Source: Conidiobolus incongruus B7586 (Eukaryota). From it: a stretch of DNA of 37,545 nt. The DNA lies in contig JNEM01011008.1 in assembly GCA_000697335.1 (NCBI GenBank), positions 1-37,545 of the forward strand, read 5' to 3'. Numbering within the stretch: the first letter of the stretch is position 1; each line of letters begins with the position of its first letter. The notes below the pieces were generated by a model, which had not been told where the DNA came from, ran no database searches, and saw nothing but the letters and a program-made list of their open reading frames with translations. The position numbers were made by a program, and so were the translations under genes. Shown in pieces: positions 1-13,168 of this stretch.

Positions 1-77
1 TGGTTAATCAGGTACTTAATAGTGAATTGGAGTGAAGAAAGGTATCAATTAGGTAGCAATCGTCACAATTAATTTAA

Positions 78-148
78 GCAATGGTGGTTTAGTGGTATAA
101 TTACCGCCTGCCACGCGGTAGACCGGGGTTCGATTCCCCGCCATTGCA
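78..148 (+). tRNA. tRNA-Gly (anticodon GCC), intronless
   Basis: Acceptor stem GCAATGG/CCATTGC plus discriminator A; anticodon arm TACCGC-CT-GCC-AC-GCGGTA; T-loop GGTTCGATTCC; T-runs downstream consistent with a Pol III terminator. Confidence 0.97.
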
Positions 149-1352
149 TTACACTTTATATTGTTTTTCTATCAAATCAATTATATGTTTTTCTTATTCT
201 TTTAATCATTTTATTTTACGATATAATTTATTGTATCCAATCAGATTTTAATTTTTTATATGTAATTTTAATGAAAACAATAATATTAGGTGTAGAGGTA
301 CAATTTTCTTGTATAATATTAATATTAGTAAAAATTCAAATCAACAACACCATTATTAATAAAAATTACATTAAATATATTTAATTGAAAACATAACTAC
401 AATGAATTAAATTTAAAACTAAAGAGAAACTAAATTAATTACTAAGAATTATTATTATTATTATTCTAATTTAAAATTTGATATATTTAATTGTCAAACG
501 ATAATTCTTGAAATAAATAGATCATTTTCTATTCAATCAAATAGAATTTTTAATTTTTAAATTTCTTATTTTTGTTAAAATAATTTTTGATAATGTCACA
601 ATTTAACGAATTCTATCAATGAATAGATTACTGGAATAATGTATTTTCACAATTAATAAACCATAAAAGTTGAACTATATTTTCTAAAAAATAATAAACA
701 TTTTTCACATTATTAAATTACATTAATAAATTATTCTCATTATGTTTCTATATCAAATAAATTCAATTGCCCACTCGAATATTTAACTAGTCTATCTGGA
801 TTAAATTCATCACTCCGAAAATTTGAAATAGTTGTATCAGAAACATTATAACATCTCCGAAATCTTTAAATTTCATAATTGATAAAACAAATAAAAATTT
901 GGATCAAAATTTATATTGTATTACATAAAATTATCTTTTAATTACAATTATAAAAAACTTTATTAATCCGATATAAAATCGATTATCATCAAATTTTGAG
1001 TAAAATTTTGAAATACCGAGATGAATTTACAATGTTTTAAGTGTAAAAATATATACCTTGCTAATTGACCAAGCTTCTTAATTTTATTAGTAAATTTCAA
1101 TTATGCACTATAGCAATTATATCTAAAAATATAATAATTATAAAAGTATATTCTGTATTTTCAAGCATTTTTAATAGCTCAAAATTTCATGTTCCGAACA
1201 TCAATTTATTTGATCTCCATATTACTGGATAAAATTCAAATTCCGAGCACATGTAATTAATTTGAGAATCGATTCAAGTGAAAATTAACTAAATAAGGGT
1301 TGGTAATTGAGATCATAACACTATAAATACGCATTGTTGAAACTCATCTTGG

Positions 1353-3097
1353 ATGAAAAATTGGTTAGTTATGAATTTCATATCGGATCAAGTGGTCAAC
1401 GGTATTGTAGTAATTATATTGGGATGGAAATGCTCCCAGTATATCTATCGATATTATTTTCACCCTTTGAGTCATTTGCCTGGGCCTTGGTACCTTCAAA
1501 TCAGCTCGCTAGTCACTGGGTACCTTAGAATAACGGGCCAATTCAACACTTATGTCGAACGCCTCCACGAGATTTATGGTCCCTTGATACGCATTGGACC
1601 GAATGCAGTAATCACAATCGATCCTAAAGCGTCCAAGACCATTTACACCAATTCCAAATTCGAAAAATCTAGATTCACCAAACTGATCCAAGCGATCATC
1701 GGCAAGAACCTATTCACCATTACGGATCGTGTGGAGCACGGCCGTAGACGAAGAATCGTGAGTCATGCTTTCAGTCAGGCGCATTTGGATGAGATGCATT
1801 CCGTCATTTGGGAGGAAGGTGTCCAGAAACTTATGCGAAAATTTGAGGCCAAGTGCAAGGATAACCAAGTGATCAATTTTTTGGAGGAGTTCAATTATTT
1901 GACAGTTGTAAGTGAATGCTGGAAAAACTCAAGCTCTATTATTAAAGATTATTAGGATATCATGGGACAGTTGGCTTTCAGTCAGAAGTTTAATATGATT
2001 GAAGATGAACAGTGTAATTTGATGGACGCTATCTCAAAATCGCAGATTATTCAAGTATTGGTGAGTTTTAAAGCTAATATTGTATTAATAAGCTCACATT
2101 AATAACTATTATAGTATGTGACGGTACCATTTTTGAAAAATAGAAGAATCCCGTTCTTGGGTAAACAGTATGATGCTATGATATACATGAACCAAGTAAC
2201 CACTTAACTGAATCAACTTAACACTGACTGACATATTTGCTCTAGTTTTGTAAGGAAGCTTTGGAGCAAAAGCGGAAATCGCAAATGGATGTCAAAGATA
2301 TAATGTATCATTATCTCAATGCAATCGATCCCGAGACTGGAGAAGGTCTTACCGAAGAAGAGCTCATGTCTGAAAGTCTATTAGTTCTGTTCGCAGGAGT
2401 GGATGGCACTGCAGCTACAATGGCATGGTGTATTTACTTCCTATTTAGACACCCTGAAGTCTACCACAAACTAGTCGAAGAGATCGATCGCGTCAAGCCA
2501 ATTAACGACGATGGCAAAGTCAAGCCATATCTGTGGTGCCGTGAGAATCTCCCGTACTTGGTTGCAGTAATCCAAGAGACTATGCGCCTGATACCCCCAT
2601 TCCAAAACGGCGTCTCCAGATCAGTTCCTAGCGGTGGATTTAACATCAATGGCTACTACATTCCAGAAAAGGTAAGTCACATCTAATCGATCCACATTTT
2701 CAATATCATCAATATATTAACGAATTTCCGATATATGGAATACTAACTGATCTTCATTTAATAGACTGAAGTATCCGTGAGCGTATCTGCACTTCACAAG
2801 AGTGAACTTGAATTCAAAAACGCCAAAGAATTTATCCCAGAAAGATGGCTCGAAGCTGACGAGGCTATTATACGTGATAAAATATACACTTTTGGCAAAG
2901 GTTCCCGCGTCTGTATTGGTAAGCATCTCGCGTGGATGGAAATCATGCTCTGCTTTGTTGGTCTCATCACCAAATTTCACATTCATGACTTGAACAAGGA
3001 AGAGAAGTTGGCAAAGGACGATCAGACGATTTGCTATGTTACTATCAAACCTAAGAGTGGTAGAATATCAGGTCGATTGAGTTTAAAATCATTTTAA
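1353..3097 (+). CDS. Cytochrome P450 monooxygenase, copy 1 (5 exons, ~499 aa)
   Basis: Exons 1353-1907, 1956-2060, 2115-2195, 2246-2671 and 2765-3097 join in frame across GT-AG introns (1500 nt). N-terminal TM followed by HPLSHLPGPW; I-helix AGVDGT; ExxR (ETMR); PERW; heme motif FGKGSRVCIG. Confidence 0.95.
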
Positions 3098-4213
3098 TAT
3101 ATTCATAAAAATATTAAATAAAAACTAATTATTTATCATAATATAATATGTATAATATATATTGTTATTTAAAATTTATAATTTAAAATATACCCATATT
3201 ATAATTTTTGGTGGTAAAATTGAATTAATTAATATTATGATAATTTTTTGATTAAATACCCAAATATACTCAATTTCCTATTTAATTAGGATATTGATCC
3301 AAATAGATTAGATCTTTGTTATTTAGAGCTAATAATTGATAAAGTTATATCAAAGCAAACTGAATAGTTGATTAAGCAATTATTTCAAATTGAAAAAGTC
3401 AAAAATGAGCCATTGCTATAAAAGATGAGATCATATTTTAGAATATATTATAAATGCAATATTATATTAGTAGAATGGCTAATAAATATAGCCAATTTCA
3501 AATATATGTTTTTTATAAATATAATATTATGGATTTAGCGATAGATTTAATATTTTCGAACATTTTAATATAAACATTATAATCGTATTCCTTATACCCT
3601 ATCATTTTATTTTCAATTATCAATTTAATGATTGTAATCTGAACTAGAAAGGGAACTGAAATCTCGTTACTTGCTACTTTTAATTTTGTTAATTGTGGTG
3701 ATCTGTCAGAGTGGCCCAAACTCATATTTTAGTGAGATTGTTACAAGGTTCGGTTCTTACTAAAGTCTAATAACTCATCTTGTACTTTAGGGAAATTGCA
3801 CTCCTAGAAGTAAATCTAAAATCTCATATTATTTTTTTGATTTGATTTTAGTTTATTCGTGGTTTAATATATTGATAAATTTATCCATGATTTATAATGA
3901 AAGAAAAGCAAATATCAAAATGATGATGAGATGATATAGAAAATAAATCACTTGGATCAAACAATAATTTGAAAATCATCAAACATAAATCAATAATCAA
4001 ATGTAATCATAATCATTAAATTGTTAATTATGAAAAGATTAAAATTTACAATGAACTAAATTTTCGGTTCAATTAATTCAATCAAATTTTAAAATCAAGT
4101 CGGGAACATTAATTGCTCCTTAGATACTTATTAATATCGATGTTGATAAGTATAAATAGCATTCAAATTCACATTATTTCGATAGTTTCATAATAGTAAA
4201 AGCTTGTAATAAT

Positions 4214-5957
4214 ATGAATATGTATAACAATTTAATGAATTGTCCATATTTCATTGGCTCTACTTGGGGTATTTGGATCAAAAGTATCATTGCAGCTTTC
4301 TGCGGTTATAAACTCACCAAATTCATCTACTTATATTACATCCATCCATTGAGTCGCATACCAGGCCCTTGGTATGTAATCCCAACTTCACTATATTCAT
4401 CCTATCACCAGATGAATGGCACTTTACACGAAAAAATTCTCGAATGGCATCGAAAGTACGGACCTGTAGTTAGAACAGGACCAAATAGTATCAGTGTAAT
4501 AGACCAAATAGGCTCAAAACTGATCTATACCAATAACAAGTTTCAAAAATCCAGCTTCACCAAATATTTCCAAAAGTTTTTTGGTCTCAATTTATTCAGT
4601 ATAATAGATAGACATGAGCATAGCAAAAGACGACGTATTGTGAGTCATGCTTTCAGTCAAAAGAATTTGGATGGAATGCAGCCAATCATTTGGAATGATG
4701 GTGTTAGAGAAATGTTGAAAAAATTTGAGAAAAATAGTGAAAGTGATGAAATTATCAATTTTATTGATGAATTTCAATATTTGACAGTAGTAAGTTTATT
4801 ATTATGATATCTGATATATTGATATACTGATATTTAGTTATTTATTAGGATGTGATCGGTGAGTTAGCATTTGGTCAAAAATTTAATATGATCAACAATA
4901 AAAAACACGAATTTATGGAAGCAATGAAAAATTCTATTACAATGATGGTTTTGGTAATCGATAATCTAATTTCAATACTTATCATCCATCTAACTAGACT
5001 TAATTTAGTATATTACTTTTCCATTCCTACACTATATTAAATTGCCGTTCTTGAATAAATTATATAAAGCAATCGAATATAAGAATGAGGTAACTCTCTC
5101 TCTATTATTCGATCAAATTAATATTAATTTAAATATAGTTTGCCAGAAACGCTATAACTTTGAAAAAGCAATCCCAATCTAATACCAAAGATATAATACA
5201 TTACTACCTCAATGCTAAAGAACCCGATACCAATGAAAAATTAACAGATACAGATCTGGAATCTGAAGCAACTATCCTATTATTTGCAGGGGTGGACAGT
5301 ACTGCGTCAACCATGTCTATGTGTGTTTACAATCTACTCAAATATCCAGAATGTTACCAAAAAACTGTCGAGGAGATCGATCGCGTAAAACCAGTCGATG
5401 AAAATGGCAACATTAAACCCTATCTCTGGTGTCGCGAACATCTCCCATACTTGGAAGGTATTATATACGAAACAATGAGATTAACACCGGCTTTCCCATT
5501 TGGTGTTCCAAGAGTCGTGCCCGAAGGAGGTACAACTATAAAAGACTACTATTTACCAGCTAATGTAAGTATTTCAATTTTGATTATCTCAATCATTGAG
5601 TTAAAACTAACTAATTATATCAAATAGACTGAAGTATCAGTTAGTATTTACTCCTATCAACACAGCGACCTTTACTTCGAGAATCCAGAAGAATTTAAAC
5701 CTGAGAGATGGTTAGATAGCAGCAAAAACAAACTTCAAGATTCCATTATGGCCTTTGCCAAAGGCTCCCGCGTATGTATTGGCAAGCATCTTGCATGGAT
5801 GGAGATTACCCTATGTCTCATTGGTTTATTGTCCAAATATAGTCTAAAACGCTTAAATCCTAGCGAGAAACAATCTGGAGATGATGAAATTATCAATTTT
5901 GTCAATTTCAAACCCAAGAGTGGTAGAATTGCTGCAAGATTGGTCAAGAGAAATTAA
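4214..5957 (+). CDS. Cytochrome P450 monooxygenase, copy 2 (tandem paralog, 5 exons, ~505 aa)
   Basis: Exons 4214-4789, 4849-4953, 5009-5089, 5139-5564 and 5628-5957. Intron positions and internal exon lengths (105/81/426 nt) match copy 1. Motifs AGVDST, ETMR, PERW, FAKGSRVCIG. The start could be one of several close ATGs. Confidence 0.95.
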
Positions 5958-6187
5958 TTCACTTTTATATTGATACAACTTAATATTCGTTCATAATGAT
6001 TTTTCATATTTTATACATACTATTAATAATTATTGTATTAATAAACATAACTGTATGAAAGTGTATTCGATATACTCATACAATATTACAAAATAATTGC
6101 AAAATTTTATTACAATCATTTTGAACATGCAAACTCAAAATAGATATTGGTTAGAATTAATTATTTGGAAAGTATATTGTAAAGGTT

Positions 6188-7630
6188 TTATTGAATATTT
6201 TTAAAATTGAACGAGTAACAATAATTGAAATAGCATAGAAGTACTAAAATATACCAGACTAGATGGTAGTCAAATGAATAAGGAAACTCGTGGCTCACAG
6301 AATAACTATATATAGTACCAGTTAAAGCAGGTGCTAGAGCCCCTGACATTCAGCTTAAAGTTTTACTTACACCATTCAGCATTCCCAAACTACCTGTATC
6401 ATTTGTAGATTCCACTAGCAGTATATTCAAGCTAGTATTTCCTAAAGTATTGCAAGTTGCTCTTAGTTCTATTAATATAATCATGGTGACCCACATTAGT
6501 GTATCGTTTCCCTGTTTGGCAATGTTATTCACCATTGAAATCAAATTGCATATAGACATATAGATGGGAAACACTGATTGATATAATTTTAGTGTTCCTA
6601 ACCATTGTTGCAGTTTTGTGTGAGTAACCAGTTGAACAAATAAAATCATAATACCAGTGGGTGATATTGCCTTGGCAATGTCATCATGTTCAAAACTTAG
6701 ACCTTCTTTTGAAATGTCGATAACTGACCACAATATAATCAGTTGGTTAAACATTACTGAAGATAGAGCCATCAGAGCAAATTCAATCATCACCACCTTG
6801 CTGTCATTAGATATGGAAGAGCCAAAGCGATTTTGTAACAATGGCTGTGAATTGGGATCCGAAGTTACAGAATGTATCGAACTTCCTGAATCTGATCCGC
6901 CCCTTCTATAAGATGGCTTTTGTTTCAAAGTTTCTTCCAAATAGTAAAATTCAAATAATGCAGACAATAAATTGATACTACCAGCAATTACACAAGGCAA
7001 AAAATAAGGATATGTAGTCCAAAAAGGATTACCTCCGAACCACACAGGGAATCGTTCTGCCGGTTTGGCAAGAAATCCACCAATTAAAGGACCTACCACA
7101 TTACCTAATCCCATCATCATAGGAAGATAGCTAAAAGCTCTAGCTCTGTTGGATTTATCAGTCATTTCTTCAACCATTATCTTCACAACACCTACATTCC
7201 CATAAATATACCACTCAAACTACGGGTACAAATTGCTCAAATTAACGATTTGCTCAACCCAAATAAAACTAATGCTGGATCCAATTAATCCACAGATGAG
7301 TACTACTTTCCTGCCAATCCCGTCAGACACACTACCCCAAAATATGCTGGTACACATTTGAGCGATTGCAAAACAGGATGCAATTGTTCCTACATAGTAA
7401 CCCAATTCAGATTCTCCGTCCGTAATGTTAAAATCTTTTATCATGAAATACATGAATGGAGATATAATGCTGTAGAATAGAGGTGCTGATAATCGAACCA
7501 TCAATAGGATATAAAGTTGAGGCTGTGATAATGGTGTGGGCTCGGGTTCTTGATCGACAAGTCTTGGCTCATTTGTTAACAAAGTAGTCATTTATATCGA
7601 CTGATTTTGATATGGGTCTTCACTTGCCAT
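6188..7630 (-). pseudogene. MFS transporter pseudogene (ZIFL/YCR023C-like; closest to the 16008 copy)
   Basis: Collinear with the intact paralogs from ATG 7630 to TAA 6188. Lesions: in-frame TAA at codon 13, a small deletion near 7265, TGG>TGA, a 1-nt deletion near 7205, and TGA at 6350-6352 where paralogs have Gly. Confidence 0.9.
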
Positions 7631-8591
7631 CTTTTTACTACATTATTATACTCAAAACTCTAGTAATTAATATAAAATCATTATTTATTTAGTCTCTATC
7701 ATTATTTATTTCCAAATTCAAAATTATTTAACTTGATTATAAAAAATCATCAATTCTAAAAAAATCTCCCATTAGAGAGCTAATGTCAATACCACAACAG
7801 TCATTCATCCTTTCAACAAGAGCTTAATTCGCTATTCTACAATTTAATTGGTAGTTCAAATAACCACTTCTCGGTAACTGACAAATTGTTTAACCTTTAT
7901 AATCAATTCTCTATATTGTTTATATTGCCAAGGATTTTATTATCTTGACTAAGTATTGATGGTATATGTATCAAATAATCGTAGTATATAGTCGTTATTA
8001 TATCAATCTCTTTTTCATCGTTTGGATAACTACTAGTGGTTCCACCAGAAATTTATAGTTATATTGGTATAGTTTATGAAAAATGAAACTGATATACTGA
8101 TAGGGTAATTTTTAATCAATATTTATAAAAAACCAGTTAAAATTTTTTTGCAATTGATTCAAAAGATTTTTGGATTAAACATTTTCATTAAACTTGGGCA
8201 CTCTGACATCATACATGAAATTTACAATTTTAAATCAAGTGTTTTTAATATTTATTTTTTATTGAAATATAATTAAGCACATTATGCTGGTGCTTAGGTT
8301 TCACTTGAAAATGTATATAAAAACATCTATCAAATACATATTGATATGATAATATAATTACTGGAAAAAATTATTAATGTTAACTACAATTATTATATAA
8401 CTATACGACTTTATATAGATTACAAAATATAAATTAAATACTATGGCCTATATTAAATGAATTGAATATTGATAAAAATTATAAAAATGATGAAATTAAA
8501 GTTTACTAACGTAAAAAATTAACTTGAATACATTTCTAATGATAATGTGTTGATCTAATAAACATCAAACTTAATTTTAAAAATCACTCTT

Positions 8592-8596
<5 letters not shown>

Positions 8597-8630
<34 letters not shown>
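8597..8630. repeat. (AT)n microsatellite
   Basis: About 17 AT units read directly. Confidence 0.95.
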
Positions 8631-8638
<8 letters not shown>

Positions 8639-8914
8639 ATCTCGATATTTTAAACAATTTTAATAACAATTGATTTTTTAAATATTACTCTTGAATAATT
8701 TAATTGAAGGATCTTTTAATTTTTTACCTATTAAGATTCAAACAAATTCAGAATTGGGAGACAGTTACATTATCCTTTGTGAATGGCCATAATTTTGGAT
8801 TTGTAAACATACTGAAATTAAAGATAATTTAAACTGATTTTCATCGATCCTTACTCTATAACTATAATCGGAAATAAAAATACTATTATAATAAATTTGA
8901 GTACAATAGGTTTA

Positions 8915-8916
<2 letters not shown>

Positions 8917-8948
<32 letters not shown>
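8917..8948. repeat. (TTA)n microsatellite
   Basis: About 10 TTA units read directly. Confidence 0.9.
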
Positions 8949-9980
8949 GTATTAAATATTAACACGCAGATGAAATAAATTTTTTTATTGGTCATATTAT
9001 AATAAATTCAAATATCAATTTTTTGGGATAATAATGCTTTAATACATATTTTTTAAAAAAATTTGGGTAATTTTTCAAATAATTCAATTTAGTTTTTGTT
9101 GATAAATTATATCAAATCAGGTAACAAATATTGCTAAGATAAAATCATAAATATGTCATTTTGAATAGCACTAATTATTAATAAAAATCAAAAAGAAATA
9201 CTCAAAACAGCAAACCAACGTTACTGAAATTGATTATAATAAATTTTATGACATTTATTCTTAAAATCGATTCCAAAATAAATGAAAAGTTTTTAAATTA
9301 TTATATGATTCACTTCTGAATCAATAAGTATAACTTACAGTTTTATTCGTAATAATCCAATTATTCAAATATTAATACCTATTAATTGATTTTGATTATA
9401 ATATCATAAATATTATGTCTAACAAATTTATAATACATTTAACTATGTTTTTATTATCAATAAAACTGTCAATGATATTTTTTGCAATAATTCTCATAAT
9501 TCATTTGAAGTAACAATGTGACTCGCATCAAAAAAATATCCTTATCTGTTTCATTTCCATTTTTGATATTATTGAAAAAATCCTCAATTTAAGCTATGAA
9601 AATAAATTAAAGTTTATATATAATAACATATGAAAATTAAACAAACTAATAAAGTTATAACCTAACTTTGATATGTTTAATTTATCTCTCTAAATGACGA
9701 AATACCTAATATCAGAATAAATAGTCAGGAAATTTCAGAAAATCAATTATTAAGTTTCCAATAGTGAACAAATTAGGATTAATCTACCTGACCAAAATGA
9801 CTTAAAATTAAAACTCTGTTCAAGATCACCTAATCACATGCCAATTAAAAAATTCATTATCCATTATTTAATCAATGATTCAAATTCATTTAGAATTCAA
9901 TTTTTTTTCATCTTTCAATCTTACACTCACCCTTATTTCATTTTTACCAATAATTAATAATAATAAATATAAAAATAATT

Positions 9981-10737
9981 ATGAATTTTATACTAAACTA
10001 TTATAATAATTTCAAAAACAAATTAAAAACTCAAAGATATAGTATTTTATTTGGTATTTTGATTTTAATTGGACTGTTAAGATTTGGTAAAGTTATTTGG
10101 TCTAGGGTGATTAATTTACATTTAAAGGAGGTATTTTATAATTTAAAATAGGATTATAATTATCGGCGATTTATGATAATTTGTATTTAGACTAAACGAA
10201 CTAAACAGATAAAACCTAAAATTAAGAGGAAATGTACTATTTCTTTAAATAAAGTAATTATAATTGTTTGTATTTTCATAAATTATAACTAACTGCTTTG
10301 TTTAGATAATCCTATGGAATCCTTCTCCAGACCCCAAAGTACCCAATTTTGCATTTGTAGAATCCGTGGTGCCAGCACTTACCCAGCTTTGCGAAAGGTA
10401 CGATGTCTACTTCATAGCGCAAGTGAATTCCCAAATTGAACAAGATCAAATTCTCAATCTTTTAAATCATTCTGAACTCGTTCAAAAGCACCAACTTGAC
10501 ACTCGCAAAATTCTATTCTGCAACTCAGTAGAAGGCAAGAGTCATATAGTACGCCATTTAGAGCCGTATATCCACGTAGACAACGAAATTGATGTGATTT
10601 ACAAGTTGAAAAGCTACATTCACAAGTTGTACCTTATCTTAACAAATCATTCAACGACTGTTAACAAAGAATTCAATCAATTTAAAAATATTGAAATTTC
10701 TAAAAGTTTTTTGGAATCTAGTCTTTACCAAACTTAA
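9981..10737 (+). CDS. PEX22-like peroxisomal membrane anchor (plant-PEX22-type domain), 3 exons, ~214 aa
   Basis: Exons 9981-10130, 10191-10253 and 10306-10737 are in frame. N-terminal hydrophobic segment SILFGILILIGLLRFG flanked by basic residues. C-terminal KILFCNSVEGKSHIVRHLEPYIHVD resembles the plant PEX22 segment KVLFCSTEIGRTSFVRQLEPDWHID (recalled, not searched). Confidence 0.7.
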
Positions 10738-10887
10738 TATCAATTTGTATTTAAATCTAATTCAAATAAACTTGTAAATTTCCTAATTTTTTTTATTTGG
10801 CAATATATCCCACATTTTTAATTTCAAATCTTATATTTATATTAAGTGATCATAATAAGATCATGATCAGAGTTATAATTAATCAAA

Positions 10888-11826
10888 ATGCAAGGATCAA
10901 ATAACTTACAACTTGCAGAATTAAAAACTAAATGGAAACAGTAATACATACTGAATACTAAATAATATACCTTAGCTAATCATATGACAGGGAGCAAATA
11001 GAGTTACAAAAGAAATTAATTTTAAATGATAATGAATTAAATTTTGAGTTTAATACTGAAGATAATGAGTTTAAAAATTTAAAATTGATAGGTGGTGTAG
11101 ATCTGAGCTTTCATCCAACTGATACTCAATTGGCTTGTGCAAATTTAGTTATATTAAATTATCCTGAATTAAAAGTAAAACACAATACTAGCATATTAAA
11201 TATATTTAATATATCTTCATAACTAGGTCATTCACAAAGAATATGCCTGGATCCAACTCCAGCAACCATACATCAGTGGATTTTTAGCATTTCGCGAGGT
11301 GGAACCGCTCAAACATCTAATAGACACATTAAAAGCCAATTCACCTCACCTGATCCCCCAAGTAATCTTTGTGGACGGCAACGGCATTTATCATCCCATG
11401 AAAATGGGCCTAGCCAGTCACTTGGGAATTCTCTGTGATATTCCAACGATTGGCATAAGCAAAAATTATTTGTTCTTTGACGACTTATTGATAACGAATG
11501 AAGAGATTAAAATGAAATTAAAGGAATTTCAATCGATTGTTGAGTTTGTAGAATTGAAGGGAAAATCGGGATTTGTCTATGGTGTTGTAAGTTTGAGTGA
11601 ATATGCTATTATTATGTTTTTATTAATATACCTTTAATAGGCTTTAAAACCCAAATTAGATCTCATTAACCCTATTTTTGTGTCCATAGGTCATAAAATC
11701 AGTTTATTGACAGCCATTCAGTTAGTTTTAAAAACCTGTCAATTTCGAATTCCAGAACCTACTAGACAAGCTGATTTAATTTCTAGACAGTTGATAAGGG
11801 ATTCGATGAGAGAAGCAGCCAAATGA
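10888..11826 (+). CDS. ENDOV: Endonuclease V (inosine-specific nuclease), 4 exons, ~260 aa
   Basis: Exons 10888-10940, 10991-11174, 11227-11586 and 11641-11826. Motifs [18 protein letters not shown] (wedge), [34 protein letters not shown]. Confidence 0.95.
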
Positions 11827-11963
11827 ACATTTTTGAATTCATTTAATTATATTATTGGAGAATATCCCATAATTTTTAAATTAATAAATAAATGAGATAA
11901 AATTCAATTGTAAATTCGAAATATGATGATAATTGGAATTAATATAAATTCATTTTATTAAAA

Positions 11964-11979
11964 ATGGAAGAAACCAATG

Positions 11980-12010
<31 letters not shown>

Positions 12011-12684
12011 AGTGCAATTAGATTTAAATACCAATAACACTTTAACAGAAGATCAACCCCAAAAACAAAGAGAGTTGAGCAATAGTGAACAAATACAACA
12101 GGATATCAATATTACTTTGGACGACTTGGTACTACCTCAAAATACTATTATTAAAATTATTAAAGAGAGAGTAATTGAAATATTATCACATATATTATCT
12201 TATTATTAATATTTCTAAATAGTTCCCTAAGAATATCAAATTGCAAGCTGAAGCTAAAGCTGCAATTACGAGATCTTCCACCGTGTTTATTAATCATTTG
12301 GCAGCTGTGTAACTCTGATAATCAATCCAAACAATTTACCATATTAATATTAAAATTTAGAGCTCAAGAATTTACTATTAAAAATAATCGTAAATATATT
12401 ACTGTAAATGATGTTATCAACGCTTTAGAAATTTTAGAATTCGATCAATTTAATAATTATGTGCAAAATTCTTCAGCGGGTAATTTACACTATATTATTT
12501 TTACATGAATCCCTATTAATTATTTTGATTAGATTATAAAAACTTAATGCAGGAGAGAAAATCCAAAAAAGCCAGTAATTCCAATGCTAATGGCGACGGC
12601 GCCAATGGAGAAGATTCTGAAGATGAATTGGACGATGATCAATTAACAGTTAGTAATCCCAATACACCACCAATTACCAAATAA
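11964..12684 (+). CDS. DPB4: Histone-fold protein, DNA polymerase epsilon subunit D (Dpb4/POLE3-like), 4 exons, ~187 aa
   Basis: Exons 11964-12170, 12223-12308, 12361-12479 and 12533-12684. The stretch LDDLVLPQNTIIKIIK...EAKAAITRSSTVFINHL...RKYITVNDVINALEILEF plus an acidic tail fits the NF-YB-like fold of Dpb4/POLE3. N-terminal poly-Asn comes from an (AAT)n repeat. Confidence 0.82.
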
Positions 12685-13168
12685 ATAACCACTATAATTG
12701 CGCTAATATTTTATCAACAAATAAAATTAAACTGGTTTATTTATCCCCTGTCACAGTTGGCTGAAAATTCATTTCTTTTAAAATTAATTAATGAGTTATA
12801 AATAGGATGATTGGTTTGATTATCTATCAAAATATACTATATTTCACTAGTTATTGGTCAATTGTCTATGTCAATATCAATGAACTAGTAGTTGACTAGT
12901 ATTTTATATACTTCTCATCCATTATTAACAACTTAAAAGTCATCAAAATTCCCAACTGACAAATCAAACAAAGAATGGATCCTTATTAACATAGATTTTT
13001 ATTAGTTGGCTAAATTTGTGCCACTTCAATCAAATGGTTCTGAAAATTGAAAAAAATATAAATGCACAGCATATACCTCTCAATTACGATTGGTATTAGT
13101 TTCTCTCTCTTTGAAATAGTCCCCTTATTTAATATTTGTTCAACTTTTTGTGAGTTGAATTTGCTTTA

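Noticed and set aside
3513..3810. Slightly GC-richer patch and a 70 aa minus-strand ORF between the P450s
   Set aside because: No recognisable protein, RNA fold or terminal repeats.
1334..5947. Short overlapping ORFs across the two P450 genes
   Set aside because: Alternate-frame or antisense shadows; the spliced P450 models explain the region.
6350..6352. In-frame TGA codons in MFS copies together with a tRNA whose anticodon reads TGA, suggesting recoding
   Set aside because: Anticodon UGA decodes UCA (Ser), not the UGA stop. The affected copies also have frameshifts, and ENDOV uses TGA as a normal stop.
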